Shown: positions 1 to 14,400, counted from the first letter of the stretch. The stretch: 64,000 nucleotides of DNA from Azolla caroliniana (GCA_043228905.1 JBHGNT010000014.1:16430001-16494000), one strand, 5' to 3'. The notes: generated by a model not told the origin, from the sequence alone. Numbers and translations: made by a program.

Positions 1-369
1 CACATAGAAATTGTAGGCGCATCCATGAGAGCTGCAAATGATCTCCTGGATGCCATTTCATTAATTTTCCAATAATCTGGATGAGTGGATGGATGGCATG
101 ATGTTGTTTTGCACAACTAGTAGTTTCAAGATGGAACCATATAAAGACCGGTGCAAGTGGCTACCCATTTGTTCTTAATACTTCAAAATGATTGGAAATG
201 TATTGGTTGTCAACAATGTATGCGACTCTCTAAACAACAATAATGCTTGTTGGAAGCACACCCAAGAATTGTTGGATGAAACTTTTCCAAGTGACTCAAC
301 TCCATACAATGTGGCAAGTATCTCCCATTGTAGGATTGATATAACTCAATCCTCACCCGTCATCCTTAC

Positions 370-1059
370 AAATTACCCCACAACTATGGTAATGGTTATG
401 CTCGTAACATAAATCCACCAAAAGAACATGCAAGGAATTTTAAAGAAGTTCATCATTAATCATCAGACGGATTGGCATCTACAATTCCAATCCACGGCGT
501 GGGCCAACACACAAAAGTAGCTTAGGGGTTTTGCCATTATGACTGGTGTACGGCTTGGAAGGAGTGGTTTTGATGGAATATGCCGTCCCAAGTCTACACA
601 TAGCAGTGCGCTCGATTGGATGATGACACAAGTGATTGAGAAAGGAAGCCAGAGTTGCTCAAGTTGGATGAGCAACGACAAGCAAATTTGATCATTTGCG
701 AGGTCCAACAACCAGGACATGCTGGTTGGATGAATTGGCATCCCAAAAAACGTGAAAAGAAACTATCACTAAGGGCAATGGTGTTAGTATTTCAATCACG
801 TTCAGAATTAATGTTTGGTAAACTGATTTTGTGCGGAATAAACCATTTTCCAACTATTCAAACACAAGCAAGTGGAACATTTCAATTAAGAACATTGCAA
901 GGTCAATATGTACTGAAGCTCGAAAATAGCTTTAAATTATGCAGGTACCACGGTGAGCTACCAATCAACCCATTTCAAGCAATGATCAAACATAATCAAG
1001 TTTTTGCTGCAATCACCAAGTGTTGGAGTGAGGATGAAGCAATTGAGAACCTGTTTTGA
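370..1059 (+). mobile_element. Degenerate Ty3/Gypsy (non-chromovirus-like) integrase C-terminal remnant
   Basis: Frameshifted translation gives ILKKFIINHQTDWHLQFQSTAW, LVYGLEGVVLMEYAVPSLHIA and ORF 655-1059 (LKLDEQRQ...VLVFQSRSELMFGKL...GTFQLRTLQG...LCRY). These match Gypsy integrase core end and GPY/F region. Boundaries approximate. Confidence 0.7.
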
Positions 1060-1159
1060 ACCCACAACAAAAAAATGTTGAATACGCAAACACAAACAAA
1101 GGTTTTGGTGGCATAATTAGAATTGCATCACTTTTGACCTATTTACATCCTATTGTTTG

Positions 1160-1497
1160 TGGGAATTAGGTTTTTCACCTTTCACACTCTGTATCAATCT
1201 CCCACTAAAGACCAAAAGTTGGCGAAATTGATGGGAAGATTGTACAAGACCTAAACATGTTACACAATATACACCAGACAAATTGTGTAATATGAAGAAC
1301 TAAGTGATTCCCATCAAGTGACAACAATATACGCTAGGGAATTACATTTTTGGCCTTTCACATGCTATGTATCCATGTCCCATTAAAGGCCAAAATTTGA
1401 TGAAATTGATGGGAAGATTGCACAAGACCTACACATGTTACACAGTTTACACAAGGGAAAAACTGTGTAACTTGAAGAACTAAGTGATTCCCAACGT
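1160..1497. repeat. Two diverged tandem copies of a ~178-bp unit in the Gypsy 3' region
   Basis: gggaatta...gaaattgatgggaagattg(t/c)acaagaccta(a/c)acatgttacaca...gaagaactaagtgattccca occurs twice. Sequence ~1015-1200 also recurs at ~4190-4365. Confidence 0.75.
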
Positions 1498-1499
1498 GT

Positions 1500-3640
1500 C
1501 ATGCAGTGGATCTTTCATCAATGCATCAACGCCATTTTCTTGAGAAACAACCTTCTCAAGATTAATGCAACCAATGTCTATGCATTCCTGGATGAAATGC
1601 TATCACACTCCAATGTGCTTGGGCTTTGCATGATAAACCGGATTTTTGGCCAATGCAATTGCACTATGACTGTCACAAAACAATATGCTTTTGCTCATGA
1701 ACTCCTTTTCATCATCAGATTTGGAACATTCATTTTTGCCTAGTTTTACATGCATAGATAATGGTGAACTCAAAGGTTTTGCACTGTCCAGAGTAATCCT
1801 CTTGAGTATTTTGGATATATACCCATGCTAAGCATGTGTTTTGCATTTCCCAATATTTTCATGTTAAATTTTGACTCAGTTTTGTCTTTAGATAACCCAT
1901 CCTTGTTTTTATCGACGATGAGTATGCCATCTATATAGAGTATTAAAATCACATATGTGCCATCTAGAGATTTCTTCGTATAGAGACACAAGTCTTCATT
2001 GCTCCTGTTATAATCTTGGGACCTCATAAAAGCATCAAATTTTTGATACCACTTTCGAGAAATTGGTTATGGGCATACAAATTTTCCTTAAGCTAGCATA
2101 CCAAATGCATTTTTCCATGAACCTCACAATCCTTCATTTGATCCATATAGATATCCTCATTGACTTCTCAATGCAAAAAAATAGTTGTTACATCCATTTG
2201 AAATAACTGAAAAACTTTTTAGCAACCAATATGAGCATCAAGCCAACATAGTCATCTTGAATACTGGAGAGAATATTTCATCGAAATGGACTCCTTGTTC
2301 TTGATTAGAGCATTTTGCCACATTACAAGCTTAATACTTAGGAAGATCACCCATTTACATGGTAGCGCTTTCCTACCTTTTGGAAAAGGCACGAAAACTC
2401 AAGTTTCATTCTTAAGAATACTATCCAATTCACTCTACATTGACACTTTCACTTAGCATGATGATGGACCGATATGGCTTCATGATAGCATTTAAGGTTC
2501 ATCTGTATCTGTTAGCATTACAAAATCAGTAAATCTGCGAGGTGATTTGGAGACACACATTAATCTTTTTAATCTTCTTAATGATCCGCGAGTCATGAAT
2601 ACCATCAGGTTATGCATAGGAAACACCTTATTTCTGAAGATAATCATGTTGAATATCATCATTCTAAAATTCATCACGTTGAGCATCATGTAGATGTATC
2701 TACATTAGTGGAAATTTTCTATTTTACCTTAACAGAGGTATACCTTCCTTAAATACTTGCTTTCGACACCTAGGAGCGTTTGACTCCGACGATCTTTCGA
2801 CTCTGATGAGCCTTCGTGTCTAACGATCTTTCGATTCCTAGGAGATTTTGACTCAGATGATCATTCGACTTTGACATCCTCTTTGGTTCAAGTCCTCGGT
2901 GATCCCGCTCAAGTAGCACACATATGCATGTAACTTCGCAACAACACACCACCAAAAGATTTTATGGGCATAGGGCCACAAACATCCATGTGAATAAGAT
3001 CCCATGGTTGAGTGGATGAGTTGATGTGGGTCTTATATGCATTTCTGATTTGCTTGCCATGTTGGCAATGTTCACAAAATGCAAAATCAGAAAATGACAA
3101 CTTAGGTAAGTGGCCATAACAAGAAAGAATTTCCCTGCCATTTCATAACATATAGCCTAAATGATCATGCCAAATGCATGTCATAAGTTGTTCTAGGACA
3201 ATTAGAAGATGTTCCTTTTGATGAACGAATAGTGAATAAAGGGAACCACCTTTATTCCCTCTTTCAATAATCATATTTCCTTTTGTTATATGAAAGGATT
3301 GGGAATCAAATATTACCTTATAGCCATTGTCATTAAGCTGAACAACATACATCAAACTACGTGTTAGTTAGGGGACATGGCATACATTTTTCATGGTAAG
3401 ATGAGAACCATCGTTAAAAAGTATTAAAATATCTCCAATACCAATCACATTGTCCCAATGATGTGAATCTCCAAGTGCTAAGTGACTTGGCTTGAACCAC
3501 TCTCTATGTGGAGTCACATGAAATGATGCACTAAAGTCCAACAACCATGTATGGGAGGGAGAAAAACCATATTCACCCCAGTATGTGTAGTAACATCATC
3601 TATTGGAACTAAAAGAACCACTCCATGAGGTACTTGAAAC
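1500..3640 (-). mobile_element. Highly degenerate Ty1/Copia internal region (protease, GAG-pre-integrase, integrase start, RT)
   Basis: Minus-strand fragments: WLLDFSASFHVTPHREW (~3545-3500), IWHDHLGYM, FCEHCQHGKQ...DLIHMDVCGPM (2909-3100), and RT DLCLYTKK...ILILYIDGILIV (1770-2027). Many stops and frameshifts. No LTRs resolved. Confidence 0.8.
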
Positions 3641-6137
3641 CTCAGACATTTCAGAAGCCATCAGATGGTAATGAGACTTCATCGATTGCAAACCTAAGCA
3701 CTTAACAATAGTTGGGACGCTACTTGCTAGCCGCTCTCAAGCACAACTATCACAGTGGGACAAAACTACGTATGTCCCCAAAAGCAACCACCCATTGACA
3801 TATCAGCCCTAAGCCAAGGATCAATGGAGATAGACTAACACACAACTTCCATTTCACAATCTCAAATCAAGTGAGCATGCAATTAACATGCAACTTCTCT
3901 GCCACAATATAGTGCACAATGGCAAACACTCATCTCTTTGTAATCTAGGAGCAAGTAAATCCGTATTTATTGCTGGAAGACCGAGAGAAAAATACCTCTT
4001 GGGATTTATGAAAAATGTGGCTGAAGAGTTCTTGTAGCAGCAAGGATGTGGCAAGGGTTACCACACTTGGCTGAAGACAATGACACCGCCTTCATGTCTG
4101 TCTATCCGTTTGTGCACAGGCAACATATATACAAAGAAGAAGAAGCCATTTCTATGGTCTTCTCTTGGCTGGCTCCCATCGATTTGATAACAATTGTTGG
4201 AGCAAGGATGAAGCATCTGAGCAGATTTTCTGAGCCTGCAACACAAGATAATGCACACTAAGTTTTTTGGGCATAATTAGCCTTGCATCATTTTTGACCT
4301 ATACATATACATCCTACTATTTGTAGGAATTACATTTTTGGCCCTACACACTATGTATCACTTAGGGACTTATACACCCATGAACATTGATATTTTCATG
4401 GGTGGGATATATTAGGGTTACTTACTCGCCACATACTGCTAGACACTACAATTTGTGCTCCTCCATCTTATTCCTAGCAATATCGTCGTGGAGACATCAC
4501 AACTAGCAGAATGGACATAAGAGCTAGCACACCTTCAAGATAAACAAAAAGCCGCACAACATTGTGATGGATGACAAAATCACCACGTGTACGAAATCGG
4601 GTAGCCTATTGCCGAGAGGTTTCTCAAAGGAGCACAAAATATTCATCAAGAATGGAGCACAGTCAAGAAGCAAGTGCAAGCAAGTGGCATTTGGATTCCA
4701 AATTGGTGTGCGAAAACTCTCACTAGATGGAGGAATCCTCAAAAACCTTGATATGTTTATGGGTTCATTGGCTTCTTTCGTAGCTATCCATCAAGTGTGC
4801 CAAGTGTTAAGGAATGGAATATAGTACCTATTTTACTATTAATTTTAATTTCCAAATATTATGTATTTCGCCCAAATATGCATGATTACCTAATTGCACA
4901 TGTCTGTATATTTCATGTCCATTTGTTCCAACAATTATTTATTATTGTACACTAGTTTGTATATTTTTCATGTCCATTCTTATTAGTGGTTATTTTTTCT
5001 GGAATTTTGTATATAAAGCCCCATTCTCTCGTTAATACAAGAGAAGAAATTATACCGCTTATATATTTAATTCTATGTAATCCATTGTTTTTTGTAGTTA
5101 ATTATCTAGCTGATAACAAGTTTCTAGGTCACTCCCAATATGATAGAGAGACGTACATGAGCACCATGAGAAGTGACTTGTTAAATTCCCATGCTTAACT
5201 ATAAATTGGCCTTTGTTAGCCATTGTCTTCTTTGAGGATGGTCTATTCTTGCTAGTTTTGATGGGTTTGGAACTATCCACAAATGCTTGGTTTGTATCTC
5301 TTGCATAGCCAACTATTTCTAAATTAAGGTTGTGTGTATGTTAAAAACCTACACCTTATGATAAATGAGATTGGAATCATCAACACTTATTTCTCCCTTA
5401 ATGTTTTGCCTTTGGTCACTCATCGTGGAGCTAATGGGCTTGGCATCTCTTGCTTGACGGCCTCCATTAAAATATATGGCTATACGTAAGGGACTAAAAT
5501 GTTATAATAAATTAGGCTATGGAATTCTTAATATTATATCTTCCTTAAAAAATTCATTATTTTTTTGGCATCTCTTCATGTACAACAAGCTTCCACACTT
5601 CCTTTGCCATATACTAGTTCTTGAATTTCTAGTCATGTCTAGCTACATCAAAAGATGGAAACAACCACAATTTTACCGTGCAAACAAAATTTATTAAAAT
5701 TGCAGAAACATATCATTCGCAATTGTCGAAATCGATGCATTCACATCATGGATTTCACTTTACAAAAATTGTAAAATTTACGATAATTTATCGTGTATTC
5801 CGTTGTACCATGGCCTATTTTTATTTGAGAAGAGATTCCCTTTATGAGCTATGTTGATCGCTTTGTAGACATGTTGGCTCATTTTTTACTGCAATTGTAT
5901 GTTTTTCTTTGTGGCAATATATATTCAAACGCGAACGTGTGGGGGAAATTGTATGCTCTCATTACCTTAGACCTTAATGCAAGTTCAAAACTCAATCTCG
6001 AATGTGGCGATTGTAAACTTATTTACATTAGGAGTACAAAAACAAGATCAAAATGAATTATAAACGTTCAATGAATAAAATAATGTGAATGTGGTAAAAT
6101 TATCATTTCATTTTTTTGTTTTTTTTTGTTTTTTTTT

Positions 6138-6159
6138 GGGGGGGGGGGGGGGGGGGGGG
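6138..6159. repeat. Poly-G run (22 nt) preceded by T tracts
   Basis: Directly visible about 360 bp upstream of the Rab ATG. Confidence 0.9.
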
Positions 6160-6301
6160 CGTCCTATTCATGGAAGTAAAGACAATGAAATCTCCAAATT
6201 ACTCTTGCTTTGAGGCGTCACAATAATACCCACAAATAAAACATGAGAAAGTTGTTGGTACCACAACAAATGGATCCTAATACTTATTTATCTATCTACA
6301 A

Positions 6302-6302
<1 letters not shown>

Positions 6303-6334
<32 letters not shown>
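6303..6334. repeat. (AC)n microsatellite
   Basis: Directly visible. Confidence 0.9.
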
Positions 6335-6336
<2 letters not shown>

Positions 6337-6520
6337 CTTATATCATGATAATTATGGGTTTGTGGGAAATGGAGATATCGTGGATTGGAGAACCAATTTT
6401 ATTTTTAATGTCTATTTGATGGTGTGCACGATGTACAAATGAAATGATTTGAATGAATGAATACCCATTCCATTTCATTCCTTTTTCTTTAGCTTCCAAA
6501 CCTTCACATATGCTAGCAAT

Positions 6521-9287
6521 ATGGAGGAAGTAGAAGGGGGTGCTCTAGAAGGGGAAGATTATATATTCAAGATCATATTGACCGGTGAATCCGGGGTAGG
6601 GAAATCAAACCTCATGTCGAGATTCGCCAAGAACGAGTTCCATATCAACACCAAAGCAACCATTGGGGTAGAATTCCAAACCCAAAGTTTGAAGGTTGAA
6701 GGGAAGAGGATCAAGGCTCAGATCTGGGACACGGCAGGACAAGAGCGATTTCGTGCTGTCACATCCGCTTACTACCGAGGTGCAGTTGGTGCTCTCATCG
6801 TCTATGACATCACTCGTCGGCACACATTTGAGTGTGTCCGACGTTGGCTCGACGAACTCCATCGTAAGTTGTTTCTTAAGACAAAAGAAAATCTTTCATC
6901 ACACTAAATTTATTTGGATCTCTTTGTGGTATTTATTTAGATGGAGGCATAATGTAATCCTCTTTTGAAACACTCATTGGCCAAATTCACTTGCCATATA
7001 ACAACTAGGAACATCTTAAAGCCAAGTTTTTATCTTAATCCTTAAGTCTTATTGGTTGACCATGTGTCAAACTAGAAATGTCTCAAGACATAATTTCCCA
7101 TTATGATTCCCATACGTGGGATTAAGAACTTAACATTATGACTTTCTAAGTTGGTATTTTTTGCTAACTAATTTCAATTGAGTTACACATATTTTACAAT
7201 CGATAACATCCATGATTGTAGTTGAAGTGTTTGCATTAGTGCCTTCATTGTTTACAACATCACTTGTCGACAAGTTTGTTGTATCTATATTGGCTTGATG
7301 AACTTTGATGTAAGTTCTAGACTTCTTTCATTGGTCTAAATCTAGTTAATATATGATACAATTCCCATGGTGTAGATTGGACACAATGTTTGTCTCTTTC
7401 ACTTGCCATATTATTGGTGGAAGTCTTAAATATGGTTCCTACATTGGGGATTAGAATGTAGCATTATGAACTAATATTGTGGATTAGGACCTAACAATAT
7501 GAGGTAACATGGTATCCACATTAGGGGTTTGGACCTAATATGATCTCTACATTGTGTGTCAGGAATTGCCGCATTGTGGACTAAGACATAAAATTGTGAA
7601 CTTTGCATTTATAAAAGCTCATAATGTTGAATACCTTAGGGAAAGGAAACCCAAGGGAGAGAAAAAACCGCTCTGCAAACTGACACAAATGGTTAACTAT
7701 TAGTGTCCTCATGTAATGTTGTGACAACTCTAACAATATACCCAAGAACAAATCTCAATAGTTTTGCATATTTGAAAGAATGTCAAAACGTTGGCATTAA
7801 TTAACTAATGCTCTACCTAGGCGTCACAAATTACCGGAACCAATCAATTACTAGGACTTAAGTCTCATAAAATGGGTATTGTGAACTACTTATAAGATGC
7901 AAAGCTCATGCTCATTATCATGAATTATGTTCATGGCTACCTTTTTAAAAAATCCTATCTTCAAGAATGGGAATTGTATTTTTTATTTAGATATAAGTAC
8001 ATAAATCATGAGTGAACTCAAGTGGTCAATATGCAAACTTTAATCTTAGAGTAGGTCTACAATCATAACCTAAAAATATTTTTCTCATACAATAACAATC
8101 ATTTTGGTATGCCAAAAGGCAGTTACCACAAATGGTTGACTTGATTATGTGAAGCTTAGCATGCTTCACATAAGGCATGTTGATTTGTATGAGCAATACA
8201 AAGGAAACTCTAGTAAATCATTATTTCCATGTCAAACAAGGGATTTCATGCCAATGCATCAAAATAATGCTACTAACTCCAAACTATAAATCAAACGTTA
8301 GCACTGATCATTTGAGTAAGTAAAATGAAGACCAGAACTAGTAGAATGGAGAACAAAATACTAAGCGAATATATTGATATATACAACATTAACTATAGAT
8401 TTATTTATTATCTCTAAGAAAGCTTCACATCTTCAAGAAAGATCCATTCAAAACCCATTCAACAAAGATTACGGTCAAACATATACACCCCCAATAGTCT
8501 AAACTGCATGTGCATCATGAAGATATTTGGCATAGTATATATTATGCCAAGGATTGAAGTAGCCTAGCTAGTTCTTGTTGATAGAGATCATGAATCGAAC
8601 TGATATCACAATGGAAATGTACAAATGGCAAACATTTGATTATTTTATCTTTCAATGACCGTAATGCTTTGCATCGTGTTTTCATCTTACATCAATAATG
8701 TGTTTTTGTCCATAAATGTATGTGCAATTGATTTATTTATTATTCTCCAAAGGAGTAATTTAGGTTTAGTTCTATCGTGCAATACATGTCACTTGGTATA
8801 CTAAGAATGCTGGATTTGCATTTATATTCTAATATTTTAGTTGATTATGGCGATGCAAATGAACTAAAATATTAGATTTTTAAACTTATTTTCTTTATAT
8901 GTTTTGCTTTTCTCTTCATTTTGCATATTAGTCCATGCAAATTCAAATGGTGCTCCATTGGTGATGCTTGTTGGAAATAAATGTGATCTTCAACATATAA
9001 GACAAGTTTCACGAGAAGAAGGTCAATCCTTTGCAAATAAAGAGGATTTGTTATTCATGGAGGCTTCAGCTCTTGATACAACAAATGTAGCAAAAGCATT
9101 TCAAACTGTGATAAGGGAGGTATACAAAAATGTTAGCAGGAATGTATTAACAACCAACGGTACCAACATGTCTTCTTCTTCTTCATTGAGGCCCATCGGT
9201 AGTACCAAGGTAGTAACATTTCAACAAGATTATGAAGATGCAAATGAAATGAAGTCACGTCCTAAATCCAAGTGTTGCTCTGCATGA
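6521..9287 (+). CDS. RABA5: Rab11-family small GTPase, RabA5-like; exons 6521-6863 and 8932-9287; 232 aa
   Basis: G-boxes [46 protein letters not shown] and EASA, plus C-terminal CCSA prenylation motif. Phase-1 intron GTAAGT(6864)...TTAG(8931), 2068 bp, keeps the frame. The [10 protein letters not shown] effector motif and [10 protein letters not shown] point to the RabA5 subclass. Confidence 0.93.
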
Positions 9288-9494
9288 GTTTCTCTCTATA
9301 ATTCTTAGCATCAAGATGCGATATTGTAACCTAAGAATCAACATTTCACGAGTTCTTTGTGCAAACACTTTCTTTAGACGTTGAATTGGTATCATGTTTG
9401 ATATTTATATGTTAGACTTAAACGATATAGAACATTTTGATGACTATAACCAAAATCCTATTTTAATATGAGACACTTGAATAGAAAGAATAAG

Positions 9495-9735
9495 ATGGAT
9501 GGTATGACACTCACCACCCATGTATCATCATCATCTTCTTCACTATGGCTAATTGGAAGTAGCAAGATAATGACATTTCAACAACATTACAAAGTCTACA
9601 TGTCATTGACGTGAAATCGTGTAGTCAAATATAAGAGTTGCACCATTCATAATATCGATACGTATACTGAGAATCAAACCATTGATTTAATGTGAGATTA
9701 CATTCAAAATATGTTGTCTTAGACATTAAAGAGAT
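9495..9735 (+). pseudogene. Decayed tandem duplicate of the Rab exon-2 tail and start of the 3' UTR
   Basis: Translates TTHVSSSSSSLWLIGSSKIMTFQQHYK, then after frameshifts DVKSCS/KYKSCT. The gene reads [25 protein letters not shown]...[13 protein letters not shown]. Confidence 0.7.
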
Positions 9736-10839
9736 TACAATATTGTCAAATACTTGGACTTATTCTTTGTCTTTAGCTAGCCCTCTACCTCTTGTATGTC
9801 AATCTTTTATAACTTGCATATGAAAAATCAACCCAATGGCTTGTTCATGGTTATGTTGTGACACTTGGATGTTGTATTGTGACCTTCATTTGTATGTGCT
9901 AGCTTATGTATGGTGTTTCGCTTTCCTTGTATCAATCTTAGCCATCCCAAGCACCTTTCCCTCTTTCTTTTCATTGTCTCTCCTGTGTCTGTCCCTATTT
10001 TGAATAGAGAACCTTCGCTTTGGTCTATGATAATCCTTTGGTAGTGGGTCCAAGCTCCAAATGATTATGCACAATGATCCCTCTGAAGTAGTCGATTAGT
10101 TTTATTTAAGAGATGGAAAGTTATGTGCATTTGCCAAATTTGCATTAGATTTTTTTCTACCATGGCTAGTGATTTGACGAGAACATTCCTTGTGGTTTGG
10201 GGTGTGGTGTTGATTGCATTGTTAAGTCTTATTGCGTATAACCTTGAAATTTTGGCATCGTCAACACATCCTTTGAGGTAGTTATTCCTATTACTTCAGG
10301 GAGGTCAAGGGATTCTAATTCCTTTCATTGTTGATAGCATATAGGAATTTTCTCAAATTTTTTCCCTTGATTGGTGGGTGTTCCCACAATATTTCTTTGA
10401 TATTTTGCACACTTGGTTCCATGATATAGTCGAAGTTCCTCTAGCTAGAATACATTTTTTGTCACCTTTCACGACTCCTTTTTTATAGACATGATCCTAT
10501 TTTTCAGTGAAAAGTCCCACATTTGAGCAAATTTTTTGATGTCTTTTACTACAATGAATTTTATGGTAACAAACAACTCAATCATGTCTAAAATGCTACT
10601 TAGGATTAAAATATTGGTAATTCCAAAACAAATTAAGAAAAAAAAAACCCTACTTCACATTAGTTAGCAACCAAAATACAACAAAGTTCACCTAAGATTC
10701 ATAGAGACAACCTTAGTGGAATCAGTATCTACAACACAGAGGAACAACTCCAAAACCAGCAAAAGAACAACAAAATGCGCGTAGATCTTCCTTCCACAAA
10801 TTCTGCAATAATCCCCAACCCTACCTATCCCACTAAACT

Positions 10840-11138
10840 CTTTTACAACAAAGTTATCCTGATAATACAACTATGATAACTTACTTGTACCCCATCCAAA
10901 CATGCATATTTACATCCCACATACAGTATTGGGGGGGTTGTTGTTGGAAACAACCACCTGTGCGCATGGCAGTTCCACTTAAGCCCTGTCAAAGATTTGA
11001 TCATCATGGGAGAACCATCCCATTTCAGCAGAGATTTTGACCTTGCCATTTTTGTTTCATCCGAATCCCCCTGAATCTAGTCGTACCGTCCACGTAGCCA
11101 AGTCACTAGCTTGAGCCAGATGTTTAGCATCACCTCAC
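10840..11138 (-). mobile_element. L1-like LINE ORF2 C-terminal end (continuation of 16359-17410)
   Basis: EVMLNIWLKLVTWLRGRYD*...LLKWDGSP...LKWNCHAHRWLFP continues the peptide HIWTKRCKF...KSFHVV that stops at the right TSD of the Copia. Confidence 0.65.
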
Positions 11139-11427
11139 TGTTGTTGGCATAATAGGCCGACTCCTTCCACTTTGTATCCACAGTGTGAACACGTCCTCTA
11201 GCTAGGGCTTGACTATATAAGCTCAACCCTAACATTGTAACGATAATCTTCTTGAGTCGTGGAGAGAAAGAGTTATAGAGAAAGAGAGAATAAGAACTTC
11301 CATTGAAGCTCAAATATGAGTCTATTTTAATGTTTCTTCTTTTGGTCATGTATCTGTGTTGTTTGTTGTTCATCTCACTACAGATTCTCATACGTTCTTC
11401 AACATATCTACTCATATATTTACATCA
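11139..11427. mobile_element. Probable solo LTR (~289 bp) inserted in the LINE
   Basis: Non-LINE segment bounded by TGTTG...CATCA, with TATATAA and a GA-rich tract. It interrupts the LINE reading frame. TSD not cleanly resolved. Confidence 0.5.
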
Positions 11428-11431
11428 ACCA

Positions 11432-14400
11432 TGTGAATGTTAACGTGCAGAAGCGTTAGACAGAACCGGCTCAACCGGATAGCAATAGAGAATAAGATGA
11501 AGGTTTAATGGAGAAGCTTAATACACAGAGAGTATACGTGGGAGAGAGACAGAGAGAGCAGAACATAAACGCAGATTCAAAATAACACACTGTAAACTCT
11601 GTACATACAATGTGCTTACACAACACTATTTATACAAGTCCTCAAAAGGACTGACAGAAGTAAAGTGTACTTCAATGTTCCTACGTGCGATTGACACTAA
11701 CTACGAGACAATGATTACCTAGTAGTCTAGGCTACTACTAGGCGTCCGGTTTGTGCTCGAATTCGGCTCTCTGATTCGTCTCCCCGATCCTGCCGGTTGT
11801 TTCCGGATACCATCCGGATACCGATCCGACTCTTGGTTCCGGATATCGATCCGGCTCAAGCTTATCCAGCCGATCCGGATCCGGTTGAGCTTGCCGCTCA
11901 ACACTCCCCCTCAAGCTCAACTTGAGGTCGGATCGTGGTTTTAGTGGATGTGGCAACCAGTCCTTCCACCTGGCTCCTTTTGGCGTCGTTCCGCCTTGCT
12001 CGCGCTCCTCTTTCGGTTCAGTTCCGCTTCCCGCGACCCTTCTGGTTCTGCGCACCTCGACCTCCTCAATCGTCTTGTCCTCTCAATAGGCCCAGTGCTC
12101 GATATTTAGCCTCAGTGCTCGATAGAGCTATTATTGACTGCTTTTTGCTGCTCCACGCAACAGCTACGCTACCAAGGGAAAACATGTACCTAGAGGTGGA
12201 TCAATGATCCGATGCATCACCAGCCCAATCGGCATCTGTGTATCCGACTAGCTCTTCAGTTATAACATGCCAGTATAACAGTCCCTAGTCCTTCATGCCG
12301 CTCACATACCGCAATATTCGGTGTGCGCACTGAAGGTGCTCCACGGTTGGCTTCTGCATGAATTGGCTGATCACACCGACCGGATAACTGATGTCGGGTC
12401 GGGTGATTGTAAAGTATATCAGGCTTCCGACTATTTGTCGGAACCGTTTCTCATCGCAGGCCGGTCCAGAGTTGGGACAAAGCTTTTAGTTCCAGTCCAG
12501 GGGTGTGGAGATCGGTCGACATTCTGTCATGCCGAACTTGCACAACATATTCAACACATAGTGTCTTTGTGAGAGCATAATGCCATCGGGGTTTCGGATC
12601 ACCTCGATCACAAGAAAATAATGAAGGTCCCCCAGGTCCTTCATCTGAAATGCGTCCAACAGTTGGGCCTTGACACGACTGATTTCATTGAGTCCAGGTC
12701 CAGTGATGACTAAATCATCTACATAAAGTAAGATGCAAGCTGGACCGTCCAGATCTTGCCGGATGAACAACGATGAATCGGATTTAGAGGTCACAAACCC
12801 CATCTTACGCAACCGGTGTGTGATCTTCGCATTCCAAGCTTGGGGGGCTTGTTTTAGACCGTAAAGCGACTTCTTAAGCTGGCACACCGCCGACTTGTTC
12901 GTCTCCGACTGAAAACCAGGAGATTGGATCATATAGACCCGCTCTTCAAGGTCACCTTGAAGAAACACATTCTTCACGTCCATCTGGTGAAGATGCCACC
13001 CCCTTGCTGCAACAACCGCTAGTACCACACGAACCATCGTCATCTTTGCTACCGGAGCGAAGGTCTCGTCGTAGTCGATTCCGTGGGTCTGTGCATATCC
13101 ATTCGCCACTAACCGGGCCTTGTACCGGTTAACCGAACTATCATCATTGTACTTTACCTTGTACACCCATTTGCAACCAATTGGTTTACAGTGTCGGGGA
13201 GGATCAACGAGGTCCCACGTGTCGTTGGCATCGAGTGCCCGCATTTCTTCTTCCATAGCGGCACGCCAATTTGTGTCCTTTGCCGCTTCTGCATAGCTCT
13301 CCGGCTCACGCACTCCCGCCACTTTGGTCCATGTACGCATAGTGATGCACCATGTACTCATTATACTCGTACCGGGTAATGGGGTTCTTTTGGCAGGAAG
13401 ACCGGCGTAACTTGTCATCACCCAGTTTGTGTCCCTTCTTGGCGAGTTCAGACTTCATTCCCGAAGATTAGCCTTCATCCTTTCCGGAGTCAGATTTTCT
13501 CTAATCCAACTAAATGTTGCCAGTTTCGTATTCCGACATTTTCTGCTTCCCTTTCTCTTTGCGCGTGAACCGTCTCCTCGGTTCCTTGCGCGGGGAGAGC
13601 ACAATAGAGTCTCCACTACTCGCCGGTTCCTCATCCGACTGGTCACTTTGACCTAGTCGCTCGTTCGGTCCGCTCAACCGAAATGATTCCGAACTCTCTT
13701 CTAGAGTCTCCAGCTCGTCATCTTCTATTTGGTCCGGTTCAGGCTCACTAGCCTCATCCTCTAGTATTGGGTCGGAGTCGGTAGAGAGTACCACGATGCC
13801 GTCTCGTCGAACTCAACATCTCGGCTTACTCGGACCTGCTTCGTCTAGGGGTTATAACACTTATACCCCTTTTGCTCATGCGAGTAACCGACTAGGATGC
13901 ACTTCTCCGACTTTGGATCTACCTTCTTCCACTTCTCATCTGATACATGCACATATGCTATGCTACCGAATATCCGAAGGTGCTTCAAATTCAGCTTCCG
14001 CTCGAAATACAACTCATGTGCTGACACCTTGTCTCCGATCTAGTTTTGGATGTAGACGACCGTCCGGACCGCCTCAGCCCAGTAGAATTGGGGCATGCTC
14101 TTCTCCTCCAGCATTGCCCTTGCCGCGTCGACAATCGACCAATTCTTTCTCTCGGCCACACTGTTTTGTTCCGGTGTGTATCGGCAGCTGAATTCTCTTC
14201 AAATTCCGTTTTGATTCAGATAACTGTTGAATTGGCCGGAAAAGTATTCTTTTTTGCCATCCGACCGCAGGCACTTGATCTTCCTCTTCGTTTCCCTTTC
14301 GACTAAACTTTGAAGGTTCCGGAAACAGTCGAAGACTTCGCTTTTCTTCTCGATGAGGTAGATCCATGTGTGCCGGCTGTAGTCGTCGATGAAGGAGACG

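Noticed and set aside
8145-8173. 11-bp perfect hairpin in the Rab intron (similar imperfect one at 43021-43051)
   Set aside because: Too short for a miRNA precursor and no Helitron CTRR end follows. Plausible by chance.
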